NCBI GenBank assembly: GCA_040389905.1
Contig: JAZJZK010000004.1
Span: 28,530 to 92,529 of the forward strand
Source of the DNA: Gemmatimonadota bacterium
Lineage (GTDB): Bacteria > Gemmatimonadota > Gemmatimonadetes > Gemmatimonadales > Gemmatimonadaceae
Direction: 5' to 3'
DNA: 64,000 bases
The position numbers and the translations under genes are program-made. The notes below the pieces were generated by a model that was not told the DNA's origin, searched no databases, and saw nothing but the letters and a program-made list of their open reading frames with translations. Of this stretch, positions 26,999-37,072 are shown piece after piece (position 1 is the stretch's first letter; each line of letters begins with the position of its first letter).

Positions 26999-28633
26999 TC
27001 AGCCGTCGATCGTGTACTTGTAGGCGACGACGTTTGCGCCCGTAATCTTGAAGCGGAATTTGGCGGACTGGCCGGGCGCGAGGGCTTCCGTTGTCACCGT
27101 CTGCGTTCCAACGGCGGCGCCGGATTTGTCGATGCCGGTGAACGTCAGGGTGACCGCCTTCGGCGGGAACGTCTTCGGCGGCGGCGGCGCGGGAGCAGCC
27201 GCCTTCGCCGGAGCCTTTCCTTTGGCGCCCTTGGCGGGCGCTGGTGCCGGCGCCGGCGTGTTGCTCTTCTCGTTCTCGTCCGCCTTGTCGCGGCGGTCCA
27301 TCACCGTGCCGGCAATCGTGGCATCCTTCTCGTTCGGCGAGAACTCCTGAAATGTCACTTCGACAGGAAGCTTGTTGCCGGTGGAATACCACGTCAGCGT
27401 CGTGTCGTTCAAGGCAGCTGCGATAGGCGTCTTCTTCGCCTTCTCCGCTACCTTCGCCAACGACAGATACGCACGCGCAGCCAGGAAATAGTTCTCCGGA
27501 TTGCCGGTATCTACGGCGACCAGACGCTTGACGATCGGCCCGACCTTCTCGTTCTGCTCCATTGTCAGATACGTGACTGCCACGTTGTACAGCGCATCGC
27601 GGCTGTATGGGTTCTGGGCAAGCGTCGCTTCGAAGAGCTTTCCCGCATCGCCCGACCGGTTGGCGCGAGCCGCGTTGACCGCCGAGTTGAGCAGATCCTG
27701 GTATTCGTACGCCGACGGGTTCGCGATGAGTGCTTCCCAGCTCTTGGCGGCACCAGCCGTGTCGCCGATCGACAGGAGGAGGGTCTGGAGCTGCTGCCGG
27801 CTCATGCTCACGTATGATCCCTTCGTGCCGGGCACGGCGAGCAACTGCTCGAAAGACGCGGCTCCCTTCTTGGCAGCGTCGACCTTTGCCGCCCCGGTGG
27901 CCGTCATCGCGATGTTGGAATACGCCTGGCCGATGTTCGACAACATCTGCCGGCGTACGTCGCGGTAGCTCGTATCCTTTGCCGCGAGATCAGCGGAAAG
28001 CGTCCAATACTCGATCGCCTTGGCCTCGTTGTTCCGCTTACTCATGACGCCACCCAGAATCATGTTGCCGTAGGGGGACGGCGGGTAGAGCGTGTTCGCC
28101 TGCTTCGCATAGTAGTCGGCGGAGTCGAGTTTGTCCGCGTTCATCGCGTTGATCGCGCCATTCACGACGTCGAGATAGAACTTCTGGCCGGCGCGCCAGT
28201 ATGCGGTGTAGTCGGCGCACAGCGGCTTCGCCGTCTCGACGATCTTGAACAGCGAGTCGAGCGTAGATGGGATGTCGAGCTTTTCCGTCGGGCGGGCGAC
28301 GAACCCAACCGCGCCACGCGTAGGCGTGAGCCCAATGCCTGGCTGATTGGCAAAGAGACTCAGCGCCGTACCAAGGGTGTAGGCGTTCACGACCGGATCG
28401 TCGCCTTTCTCCGTGGTCTCGACGAGCTTGACGGCGTTCTTGAGGTTCGAGGCCGCCACCGCTGGCGAGGCGGCCTCGCGAGCAAGGTTGACGCTGAGTG
28501 TGGCACGGGCAGCGTTGCCCTTGGCCGATTCACCGACGTCACACGACGGCTTCGCGGGCGCAGCCTGCGCACCGAGCGCAGCCGACACGAACAACGAGGC
28601 CGCAGCGAGATACTTCGTACCGTGCAGAGCCAT
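26999..28633 (-). CDS. Secreted TPR protein with C-terminal FxLYD-like Ig domain
   Basis: Signal peptide, TPR-like repeats, Pro/Ala/Lys linker, D.SGA.VG...LAPGQS..F. Confidence 0.65.
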   Translation of the reverse strand: MALHGTKYLAAASLFVSAALGAQAAPAKPSCDVGESAKGNAARATLSVNLAREAASPAVAASNLKNAVKLVETTEKGDDPVVNAYTLGTALSLFANQPGIGLTPTRGAVGFVARPTEKLDIPSTLDSLFKIVETAKPLCADYTAYWRAGQKFYLDVVNGAINAMNADKLDSADYYAKQANTLYPPSPYGNMILGGVMSKRNNEAKAIEYWTLSADLAAKDTSYRDVRRQMLSNIGQAYSNIAMTATGAAKVDAAKKGAASFEQLLAVPGTKGSYVSMSRQQLQTLLLSIGDTAGAAKSWEALIANPSAYEYQDLLNSAVNAARANRSGDAGKLFEATLAQNPYSRDALYNVAVTYLTMEQNEKVGPIVKRLVAVDTGNPENYFLAARAYLSLAKVAEKAKKTPIAAALNDTTLTWYSTGNKLPVEVTFQEFSPNEKDATIAGTVMDRRDKADENEKSNTPAPAPAPAKGAKGKAPAKAAAPAPPPPKTFPPKAVTLTFTGIDKSGAAVGTQTVTTEALAPGQSAKFRFKITGANVVAYKYTIDG

Positions 28634-28667
28634 CAGAAATCTCCTGAAGAATTCGGGCAGAATCCGG

Positions 28668-29882
28668 TCAATTGACCGGGTCGTTCACGTTACCCCTCGC
28701 GGCGCGTTGCCGTTCCGCATTCGCGAGCGCAAGCTGGTAAATATCGGCTGGCCGGCGTCCGCTCGCCAGTGCAACGCGCTGGACGTCATCGAACTCCGGT
28801 TTGGAGCGCTCGGAGCCATCCGGGAGCACGACGATCTTGACTCGAACCGACTCGCCAAGAACGTGCACCGTCACCTCCAAGCGTGCCAGAGCCCGCCTCG
28901 TGACTCTCGTGCTCCGTACACCGATCGTCGTCGTTTCCAGCAATAGAAAACGCTCGAAATGCATCGCCTCCCCCACACCACAGAGCAGCTCCACCCGCGT
29001 ACCCGGCCTGCCCTTCTTCATAGCCGTGTGAATCAGCACCACGTCCAGGGCACCATCGGAACGTGCGCGCTCTGCTGCCGCGGCGAGGTACTCTGCGGAC
29101 ATATCGTCGATGTCGCACGCGAGGAGCATCAGCTCATCGGCATCGCTCTCGACCGCAGCTGCCGACTCCGTCTCAGCCAGAATGATCCGCAGTGCATTCG
29201 CGCGACCCTTGAAATCCTTGGTCCCCGCTCCGAAGCCGCTCTTGATTGGGATGTACTCCGCGGGCGGCATCCCGCTGGACAGCGCGCGAACCAGTGCGGC
29301 GCCCGTCGGCGTGACAAGTTCACCTGACCCCTCCGGCCCCGGACTCACCCGGTAGCCTTCGAGCAGCTTGAGTGTTGCTGGCGCCGGAACGGGCAACAGG
29401 CCATGCGCGGCCTGCACCGTTCCGTCGCCCGTTCTGATCAGCCCGCAGTACACGGCCTCCACGCCAAGCTCGTCGAGCCCCCAGATGGCCCCCACAACAT
29501 CGAGAATCGCGTCCACCGCGCCAACCTCGTGCAGGTGAACCTTCTCGGGGGCCTGGCCGTGAATTTCTCCTTCGGCTTCGGCAATACTGAAGAAAGCGCC
29601 ATCCGCCTTGCGTCGGACATGTTCCGGTGCGCTGGACTCCGCCACCAGCTTCCTGATCTGGTGGATATGCCGCCCATGCGGCTGCGGCGGTATCTGAAAA
29701 TCGACCTTCCAGCACATGAGGTCGCCACGCTTCACATTCGTGATGTCGACAGTGACCCCATCCAGGTTGAGACGGCCAGGAAGTGCGCGAAGCCATTCCG
29801 GATCGAGCCCGACGCCGAGCAACGCGCCGAGCGTCATGTCGCCGGAAATCCCGCTGAATGGATCGAGTATCGCGATGCGCAT
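28668..29882 (-). CDS. larC: Nickel pincer cofactor biosynthesis protein LarC
   Basis: SGISGDM.LGAL, HLHEVGAVDAI.D, PVPAPAT, ELVTPTGAA, MKKGRPG, ETTTIGVR, KPEFDD. Confidence 0.93.
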   Translation of the reverse strand: MRIAILDPFSGISGDMTLGALLGVGLDPEWLRALPGRLNLDGVTVDITNVKRGDLMCWKVDFQIPPQPHGRHIHQIRKLVAESSAPEHVRRKADGAFFSIAEAEGEIHGQAPEKVHLHEVGAVDAILDVVGAIWGLDELGVEAVYCGLIRTGDGTVQAAHGLLPVPAPATLKLLEGYRVSPGPEGSGELVTPTGAALVRALSSGMPPAEYIPIKSGFGAGTKDFKGRANALRIILAETESAAAVESDADELMLLACDIDDMSAEYLAAAAERARSDGALDVVLIHTAMKKGRPGTRVELLCGVGEAMHFERFLLLETTTIGVRSTRVTRRALARLEVTVHVLGESVRVKIVVLPDGSERSKPEFDDVQRVALASGRRPADIYQLALANAERQRAARGNVNDPVN

Positions 29883-29918
29883 GAACTAGCGGTGGAAGGG
29901 TCTACAGCAGCACCATCT

Positions 29919-30088
29919 CGCCGGCACCTTGAACGCCGATTGAACGGATGGAAAGGAAAAACAATGATCAAGCATGAAACACGAAATTCGTTTTCTTGAA
30001 GGTTCAGAGCGAGATGCTGTCGCCGCTCACTTTAGAATCAGTGTTTTTGCTGTTCAAATCCGCTCAATCCGCGTTCAATGTGCCGGCG
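29919..30088. repeat. Imperfect ~50-bp inverted repeat element with AT-rich interior
   Basis: Left arm CGCCGGCACCTTGAACGCCGATTGAACGGAT... matches the reverse complement of the right arm CGCCGGCACATTGAACGCGGATTGAGCGGAT... Confidence 0.75.
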
Positions 30089-30098
30089 CATTATGTGG

Positions 30099-31244
30099 CT
30101 AGAAGCGGTACGACGCGCCGGAGCCCGTGTTGAAGAGCACGACTTCCGCGTCTGCGGGAATTCGCTGCTCGCGCACCAGCCGTTCGAGAACACCAAGGGC
30201 ACAGCCGCCTTCCGGCGCCGTGTCGATCCCTGAGGCGCGACTCAGGCGAAGAGTCTGGGCGCGTATGGTGTCTTCGTCCACCGACGCAGCATCGCCATCA
30301 CTCTCGTAGAGCGCGCGCAAGATGAGCCGGTCGCCAAGAGGCCCCGGGACCCGCAGGCCGCTCGCGTGCGTTTCCGGGTTTTCCCAGGGCACCGCACGAT
30401 CGGATTTGGCGTGGAAGGCGCGCACCATCGGTGCGCAGCCGTCCGCCTGCGCGACAACCATCCGCGGCATCGCCACATCGCTCGGGAGCCAGCCGCCATC
30501 GCGCATCTCGGCGAACACCTTCCACATGCCGATCAAGCCGGTGCCGCCACCCGTCGGATAGATGATGTGCGTTGGTAGCCGCCAGCCTAGCTGCTCCGCG
30601 AGTTCGATTCCCATTGTCTTCTTGCCTTCGATGCGGTAGGGCTCGCGCAGTGTCGATGTGTCGAAGAACCCGTGCTCCGCCGCGAACGCGCGCGAGAGTT
30701 TGCCGGCATCGCCGATGTGTCCGTCGACGAGCTGAAGATCGGCACCGAGCGCGCGGATGGTCGCAAGAATCGGTGATGGCGTGCTCGCGGGTGCGTAGAC
30801 GCGCACCGGCAAACGCGCGGCGGCGGCGTAGGCCGCGAGTGCGGCGCCGGCGTTGCCTGCCGTCGGTACGACGAAGCCCGGGACACCAAGCGCCGCAGCC
30901 CGCGTGACCGCCGCACTCATTCCACGCGCCTTGAACGACGCCGTCGGATTGAGTCCTTCGTCCTTCACCCACAGGCGCGCGATACCGAGTTCCTTTGCCA
31001 CGTGCGGCAACTCGTGCATCGGTGTTCCCCCCTCGCCGAGAGAGATCGGGGTTTCGCCGTCGGCCAGCGGTAACACAGACGCATAGCGCCACATGTCCCA
31101 CCGCGGGAGAATCGCGCCGCGTTCGGGCCAGGCTGAGTCGTAGCCGACGAGAAGCGGCTGTCCGCACGCCGGACATACCGAGGCGATCGTATCTCCGGCC
31201 TGGGTATGATCGCACGCAGAACAGTCGAGGTGCCAGAGGCTCAC
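30099..31244 (-). CDS. thrC: Threonine synthase (PLP-dependent, fold type II)
   Basis: SLGEGGTP, KDEGLNPTASFKARG, PTAGNAG, EGKKT, YPTGGGTG, FNTGSG. Confidence 0.85.
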   Translation of the reverse strand: MSLWHLDCSACDHTQAGDTIASVCPACGQPLLVGYDSAWPERGAILPRWDMWRYASVLPLADGETPISLGEGGTPMHELPHVAKELGIARLWVKDEGLNPTASFKARGMSAAVTRAAALGVPGFVVPTAGNAGAALAAYAAAARLPVRVYAPASTPSPILATIRALGADLQLVDGHIGDAGKLSRAFAAEHGFFDTSTLREPYRIEGKKTMGIELAEQLGWRLPTHIIYPTGGGTGLIGMWKVFAEMRDGGWLPSDVAMPRMVVAQADGCAPMVRAFHAKSDRAVPWENPETHASGLRVPGPLGDRLILRALYESDGDAASVDEDTIRAQTLRLSRASGIDTAPEGGCALGVLERLVREQRIPADAEVVLFNTGSGASYRF

Positions 31245-33151
31245 GGGGATGCGGTGTCGTGGGTGACGGGAAGGTTGGACTCTGGCAAGCTCGATGGCTC
31301 GCTAAGCACGGGAGGAACCGGCGCACCGGGAGCAAGTGCATCGCTGGCGCGCAGTGCATCGAGAATACGCTGCGCGCTCTTCACCGAGAAGCCCGGAACC
31401 TCCGCAATCTGTTCGGGCGAGGCCTCGCGGATGGCCTGGACACTGCCGAACGCAGTCAACAACGCGCGGCGCTTGTTGTCTCCCACGCCGGGAATCTTGA
31501 GGAGTTCCGACGTGATCGTGCGAACGGAGCGACGCTTTCGCTGGAACGTGATCGCGAAGCGATGGGCCTCATCGCGGGCCTGCTGAAGCATCCGCAACGC
31601 GGGCGAGCGCCGAGGCAGCCGCAAGGATTCACTCCGTCCGAGCAGAAAGATTTCTTCTTCCCGCTTGGCGAGGCTTGCGAGTGGCATGGCGGCGAGGCCG
31701 AGCGGCTCGAGCGCTGCCGCCGCGGCGCTGAGTTGGCCCTTTCCTCCATCGATGAGGACAAGGTCGGGAAGCGGCCGGTCCTCTTCCAGTCGACGCGTGA
31801 AATAGCGGGCTACCACCTCGCGCATCGATGCAAAATCATCGATGCCGTCCACCGTTTTTACCTTGAATTTCCGATACTCGGCACGATACGGCCGGCCGTT
31901 CTGAAACCAGACGCACGACGCAACGGTATCCGTGCCCTGTGCATGCGAAATGTCGAAGCACACGAATGAGCGTGGCACCTTCTGAAGGCCAAGCTGGCGC
32001 TGCAGCTCGTAGACAGGATCTCCCGCGCGTTCCTCGGTCGGTTCGTCGCCGGTGAGGCGCGCCTCCTCGAGCAGATGTCGTGCGTTCTGTTGTGCGAGGT
32101 CGATCAGCTCGCGTCGCGGCCCGCGTTGCGGCACGTGAATCTTCGTGCGCTCCAGCGATTCCTCCACGACGCCGCGGTCGCACACGTCGAACGGGATGAC
32201 GAGCTCCGGTGCACGCTCCTCGAGGAGACGATACGGCCCCGCGAGATACGTCTCCAGAATGTCGGCGTCGTTCTCGCCCTCGAGGTTCGCGACGAACTGG
32301 TGGTCCCGCGCCAGCAGCTTGCCACCGCGAATGCGCATGAGCGCAATCACGGCGTCGTCCCCATCGCGGGCATAGCCGACGACATCCTGGTCGCCCCCTT
32401 CGGTCTTGAGCACGATTGTGGGCTCTTCCATCTGCTCCAGATGCGCCAGGACGTCGCGCAACTGCGCCGCACGCTCGAAGTCCAGCGACTCGGCGGCAAG
32501 CGCCATGCGCTCCTTCACCATGCGCACGACTTCCTCCGGCTTTCCCGCGAGAAAGTCGACCACTTCGTCGATCATCGCGCCGTATTCGCCCTGCGTCTGC
32601 GCGAGAATGCACGGCGCCTTGCAGCGGCCGATGTGATAGTCCAGACATGGGCGCTCGGGCATCTGCGCCGGCATGTCGTAGTTGCATGAGCGCACCGTGA
32701 AGAGCCGTTTCACGACTTCGAGCGAGCGCCGCATGATGCCGACGTCTGTATAAGGCCCGAAGTATCGTGCGCCGTCGTTGACCAGGCGCCGCGTCACCCA
32801 GACGCGCGGAAACGGTTCCTGCACGGTGACCTTGATGTACGGATACGACTTGTCATCTCGCAGCGCGATGTTGAAGCGCGGCTTGTACTCCTTGATGAGG
32901 TTCGCTTCCAGAATGAGCGCATGCGCTTCGCTCGGCACCACGATCGTGTCGAGCGCGCGGACCTGTTGCATCAGGTGCCACGTCTTCACGCTGTCGCGCT
33001 GGTCGGTCGCGACGTAGTTGCGGACGCGTGACCGCAGCCGCTTCGCCTTGCCGACGTAGAGCACCTTGCCGTCCGCGTCCTTCCAGAGATAGACGCCTGG
33101 CGACTCGGGAAGATGGGGAATCCTATCGAGGATCGCAGCCGGGACAGTCAT
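31241..33151 (-). CDS. uvrC: Excinuclease ABC subunit C
   Basis: PGVY...YVGKAK.LR.RV, FDISH, DDFASM, DGGKGQL, RDEAHRFA, HhH motifs. Confidence 0.97.
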   Translation of the reverse strand: MTVPAAILDRIPHLPESPGVYLWKDADGKVLYVGKAKRLRSRVRNYVATDQRDSVKTWHLMQQVRALDTIVVPSEAHALILEANLIKEYKPRFNIALRDDKSYPYIKVTVQEPFPRVWVTRRLVNDGARYFGPYTDVGIMRRSLEVVKRLFTVRSCNYDMPAQMPERPCLDYHIGRCKAPCILAQTQGEYGAMIDEVVDFLAGKPEEVVRMVKERMALAAESLDFERAAQLRDVLAHLEQMEEPTIVLKTEGGDQDVVGYARDGDDAVIALMRIRGGKLLARDHQFVANLEGENDADILETYLAGPYRLLEERAPELVIPFDVCDRGVVEESLERTKIHVPQRGPRRELIDLAQQNARHLLEEARLTGDEPTEERAGDPVYELQRQLGLQKVPRSFVCFDISHAQGTDTVASCVWFQNGRPYRAEYRKFKVKTVDGIDDFASMREVVARYFTRRLEEDRPLPDLVLIDGGKGQLSAAAAALEPLGLAAMPLASLAKREEEIFLLGRSESLRLPRRSPALRMLQQARDEAHRFAITFQRKRRSVRTITSELLKIPGVGDNKRRALLTAFGSVQAIREASPEQIAEVPGFSVKSAQRILDALRASDALAPGAPVPPVLSEPSSLPESNLPVTHDTASP

Positions 33152-33209
33152 GACGAAATATAGCTTTGCCGCGAAACTGCCGATTCCTCGAGTGGCGGTG
33201 CCGCCGGCC

Positions 33210-33350
33210 TCAGATGTGACAGGTGCTCAGAAGGCAGCCGCAGCTTACAGAGCGACAGGGGGTGAGGCGATCAGGGCGCGATGCACCCTTGCGCCACACC
33301 CCCTGAAATCTGTTGGCTGCGGCTGATCACTGAGCACCTGTCACATCTGA
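33210..33350. repeat. 141-nt extended palindrome (long hairpin) between murJ and uvrC
   Basis: Perfect 21-bp terminal inverted repeat TCAGATGTGACAGGTGCTCAG / CTGAGCACCTGTCACATCTGA with nested stems CAGCCGCAGC/GCTGCGGCTG and CAGGGGGTG/CACCCCCTG. Confidence 0.85.
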
Positions 33351-33381
33351 TTACGGTGCATCGATGACATGCGCGCTACCG

Positions 33382-34980
33382 TTAGCGCCGCCGAAGCCCC
33401 GGTATCCGCGCCGCCAGCGTGCGCGCCTCGGGAATGCTGAGCGCAAGCGTCGCCGCCGCGTAGACCGCCCCGAATACACACAGCGATACCACCCCCCGCA
33501 ACATGTGACCCGCGTTGTTCAGTGCGGATAGCGCCGCGAATCCCACGCCGCCTGCAAGCAGTGACGCGCCCCAGAGGCGAATCAACCGCCCTTCGGGCAA
33601 GGAGGTCCTGCCGATGCGCTCGGTGATGATCCGTCGAAGCAGATAGAACTCCACCCAGCCGGCAATACCGGCGGACGCGGTCAGGCCGGCGGCACCTGTC
33701 CACGCCGGCAATCCTAATAGCCGCGGCAACGGAAACGCGAACAGGTAGCCCAGGGTTCCCGTGAGCACTACGCGGACGATCGCGAAGGCGAGCGGCGTCT
33801 TGGTATCGCGCAACGCGTAAAAGGTCGACGAGTAGAGGCGGCCGAGACCGCTCGCGACAAGCCCCACTGCGGAACCCGCGAGGATGGCCCAACTGCGGAC
33901 GCTCATCTCCTCGGTGAACCTCCCACCCTCGAGCAACACTCCGGTTATCGCTCGACCAAGTACCAGGAATCCCACCGCCGACGGCACGATGAAAAAGGCC
34001 ACGCGGGGAAGCGCGGCATTGAGACGCGCCCGCAGACGACCGAACGCCACCTCGTCTCCGCCGGAGTCGCGCGCCAACTCCGGCAATTCCGCGGCGGACA
34101 CCGCCATCGCAAAAAGGCTGATCGGCAACATGTAGATGGTGGACGCATTCTGAAGCAGCGTCACCACGCCGTTGTCCGCGATGTAGCTCGCGATCCGCAT
34201 GTCGATCGTGATGCTGATTTGCACGACACCACGCGAGATGAACGCCGGGATGAAATTGCGAACCACCTCCCGAACCGGGGCGAATGCTGAATCGATCCGC
34301 GGTCTGAACTGGCCGACCAGCGAGAACACCGTCGGTAATTGCACGGAAAACTGGAGCGCGGCCCCGATGACGGACGCCCAGGAGAGGGCCACCGAAAGAT
34401 CGACCTCACCGACCCTCCGTCCATAAAAGAGGGCAGCCCCGATCATCGCGAGATTCCAGAAGACTGGCGCGACGTACGAGAGAAAGAAGCGCCGATGGCT
34501 ATTGAGAATCCCCAGACACCACGCGCCCATGACGAACAGCCCGGCGCCCGGGAAGAGAACCCGCGTCAGGCGGACCGCGAGTTCCCGCTTCTCTCCCAGA
34601 AACCCACCGGCGACCAGGGTCACGAACTGCGGTGCAAGCAAAATCCCGACGACCACGAGCAGGGAGACCGCGAGCGCCAGGATCGCTGCCACCGCACTCG
34701 CGATGCGGTCGGCATCCTCTCCCCTTCCCTCCTCGAGCGCCTTCGAGTACACCGGAATGAACGATGCCGAAAGAACGCCTTCGCCGAAGAGATTCTGGAT
34801 GAAGTTGGTCAGTCGAAGCGCGCCATTGAACGCATCCGCGACCCACCCCGCGCCGAGATAGTACGCGATCAGCTTCTGGCGTACCAGGCCAAGCAGCCGC
34901 GAGAGGAGAATTCCGATTCCGATGAGTGCGGAATTCTGACCAGAGGTGCGAGCCGCGGGCGCGGGGGCGACTTCGCTCAC
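33382..34980 (-). CDS. murJ: Lipid II flippase MurJ
   Basis: SRLLGLVR, NLFGEGVLSASFIPV, FYALRDTKTP; multi-TM. Confidence 0.93.
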   Translation of the reverse strand: MSEVAPAPAARTSGQNSALIGIGILLSRLLGLVRQKLIAYYLGAGWVADAFNGALRLTNFIQNLFGEGVLSASFIPVYSKALEEGRGEDADRIASAVAAILALAVSLLVVVGILLAPQFVTLVAGGFLGEKRELAVRLTRVLFPGAGLFVMGAWCLGILNSHRRFFLSYVAPVFWNLAMIGAALFYGRRVGEVDLSVALSWASVIGAALQFSVQLPTVFSLVGQFRPRIDSAFAPVREVVRNFIPAFISRGVVQISITIDMRIASYIADNGVVTLLQNASTIYMLPISLFAMAVSAAELPELARDSGGDEVAFGRLRARLNAALPRVAFFIVPSAVGFLVLGRAITGVLLEGGRFTEEMSVRSWAILAGSAVGLVASGLGRLYSSTFYALRDTKTPLAFAIVRVVLTGTLGYLFAFPLPRLLGLPAWTGAAGLTASAGIAGWVEFYLLRRIITERIGRTSLPEGRLIRLWGASLLAGGVGFAALSALNNAGHMLRGVVSLCVFGAVYAAATLALSIPEARTLAARIPGLRRR

Positions 34981-36521
34981 CCGTGGGCAACCAATGCGCC
35001 AGCGTGCGCTCCGGCGGCATCGCGCATTTCGTCGAGCAGGTCGAGGCCGTGACGGGAGAGCATCGGGATCAAATTGAGGGCGCGCTCCTGCCGCGTCCCC
35101 AACGGGTACAGTGCAGCGCGGAGCGTCCCCACATCCTGAAGCAATGACTGTTCCCGTCGCTTGATCCCAGCGACGAGCCGTCGCTCGAGTCGATCCACGC
35201 GGTGTTGGAGGGAGTGTCGTGCGCCTTCAACCGCCTTGTCGAGTCCGAGCGGAGTCGCTTCGCCACTCAAGTCTGCGGTCAAGCCATTGATTGCCTCCCG
35301 AAGGCCACCAATCGCCGCCGCCGAGCGTTCGGACATCGCCTTTCGGGCGACGGCCCCCTCGAGCGCGTCACGCTGGGCCAGCGCCTCGTACCCCACACCA
35401 AATGCGTCCAGCAATCGCTGGACGTGCGGTTCGATCAGCGTACACGACCAGCGCGGGAGCGCCAACGGACGCTCGACGCCGAGCGCATCCGCGACGGCCG
35501 ACACCTGCGCGAAGTATGCAAGCTCGCCTGGGCCGCCGAGGTACGCGAGCGTCGGAAGGATTGCGCGCTCGACGAGCGGGCGCAGGAGTACGTTCGGAGT
35601 CAGCACGGCACGTTCGTCCGCTGCAAAAGCTGCAGCCTCGACAATCGAGAGCCGTCGCTTGATTCCGGCCTCGCGCGCAAAAACGAGGGACAACTCGCGC
35701 ATCTCCTCGACTTGCGGCTCGAAGCCGGCAGCACGCATTTCGCGCCCACGCTGCGAAAGCGCCTCGGCTACGCCGCCGGCGTTGGTGAGAGCGCTTGCCA
35801 ATGTGTCACGACTTACGGTCTGTACTGCCGCATGTGATGCGTCGATCACCGGAATGCCAAGCGGCGCGAGCAACTCACGCAACAGGGCGACGTACGCCTC
35901 TCCCACCGAGCGTCTTGGATCTGCATACGCGCCCACGCTCGCCTCGAGCGCCCGCGGATCGGCGATGCTTCCCGCCGAATCACGCAACCGCGTGAGTAGC
36001 GACGAGACGTCGCCCAGTGGGGCGAGCGACATCGGTGTGCCGGCCGGAGGCGCATGCTCACTCCGCACTTTCTCTGCGCCACCCGCTCGTGCCAGCACCG
36101 TGTAGGCCGCTTCATCGAAATCGGCATCGTCCGTCGCCGCCCAGAAGACCGCCGCAGTCGCGACGCCGGTTTCACGTTCCAGCGCATCGGCAAACGCCAG
36201 CGCGCCGAGCGCCTTGCTCCACGTGTAGACCGGACCGCCAAAGAGCCCCGGCTGCTGCCCCGTCGTCACCACCACACCACCTTGTTGACGGACGCGTTCC
36301 AGCCGCTCCGCGGCGGCACCTGTCGCGCCGATCGCCGGTGCGAGTGCGTCCCAACATCGACCCCAATCGCGCTCGGCCCTGCGTGCAAGCGCCAACTCGC
36401 GCCATTCCGCCGCAGAGCGTGGCCGTACGCCCACCCACGCGGGCGGCGCATCGCCGGTCTGAATCAATCGCGAGAGCGGAGAGCCGCCGAGCGCTTCGGT
36501 GAGGATGCGGACGTGCGTCAT
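34977..36521 (-). CDS. bshC: Bacillithiol biosynthesis cysteine-adding enzyme BshC
   Basis: VTTGQQPGLFGGP.YT..K, FW.A.DD.DFDE, PNVLLRP, YLGGPGELAYFAQ, QER. Confidence 0.88.
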   Translation of the reverse strand: MTHVRILTEALGGSPLSRLIQTGDAPPAWVGVRPRSAAEWRELALARRAERDWGRCWDALAPAIGATGAAAERLERVRQQGGVVVTTGQQPGLFGGPVYTWSKALGALAFADALERETGVATAAVFWAATDDADFDEAAYTVLARAGGAEKVRSEHAPPAGTPMSLAPLGDVSSLLTRLRDSAGSIADPRALEASVGAYADPRRSVGEAYVALLRELLAPLGIPVIDASHAAVQTVSRDTLASALTNAGGVAEALSQRGREMRAAGFEPQVEEMRELSLVFAREAGIKRRLSIVEAAAFAADERAVLTPNVLLRPLVERAILPTLAYLGGPGELAYFAQVSAVADALGVERPLALPRWSCTLIEPHVQRLLDAFGVGYEALAQRDALEGAVARKAMSERSAAAIGGLREAINGLTADLSGEATPLGLDKAVEGARHSLQHRVDRLERRLVAGIKRREQSLLQDVGTLRAALYPLGTRQERALNLIPMLSRHGLDLLDEMRDAAGAHAGALVAHG

Positions 36522-36601
36522 GGTGGTGCGAAGTTAATGATGGGGATCCCCGACAGCGTAGCCGGGAACGACGATTCCGGTTCCCGCCGCAGGGTCGCCG
36601 C

Positions 36602-37066
36602 TCATTTGTGGTACGGCTCACCCCTCACGATCGTGCCGGCGCGGTAGAGTTGCTCGGCAAGAACGAGTCGGGCCATCTCGTGCGGCAATGTCCACGGGGC
36701 CATCTGGATCGAGCGCTGCCCGCGCGCACGTAGCGACGGTGCGATGCCGAACGCGCCACCGATCACAAATGTGATATCGGCGGCGCGGTCTCGGGCTCCT
36801 GCGATTAGTGTGGCAAATGCGGGTGACGTGAGACGGTCACCCAGTTCGTCACAGACGACCAACGTTCCGCCAACCGGAATGCGCTCGCTCAAACGCTCGG
36901 CTTCGCGCTCACGCGCCATCTCTGGTGAAATGCCCCGTCCGCTCTGTTCCTTCACCTCCACCACCTCGAGCGGCCAGTAGCGCGCCGCTCGTGTTTCGTA
37001 CTCGGCGATCGCCGCCGCGAGGTGCCGGTCTCGCGGCTTCCCCACGACGACGATCAGAACGCGCAC
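36602..37066 (-). CDS. rlmH: 23S rRNA (pseudouridine1915-N3)-methyltransferase
   Basis: FVIGGAFG, TLPHEMARLVLAEQLYRA..I..GEPYHK. Confidence 0.95.
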   Translation of the reverse strand: MRVLIVVVGKPRDRHLAAAIAEYETRAARYWPLEVVEVKEQSGRGISPEMAREREAERLSERIPVGGTLVVCDELGDRLTSPAFATLIAGARDRAADITFVIGGAFGIAPSLRARGQRSIQMAPWTLPHEMARLVLAEQLYRAGTIVRGEPYHK

Positions 37067-37072
37067 GCCTGT

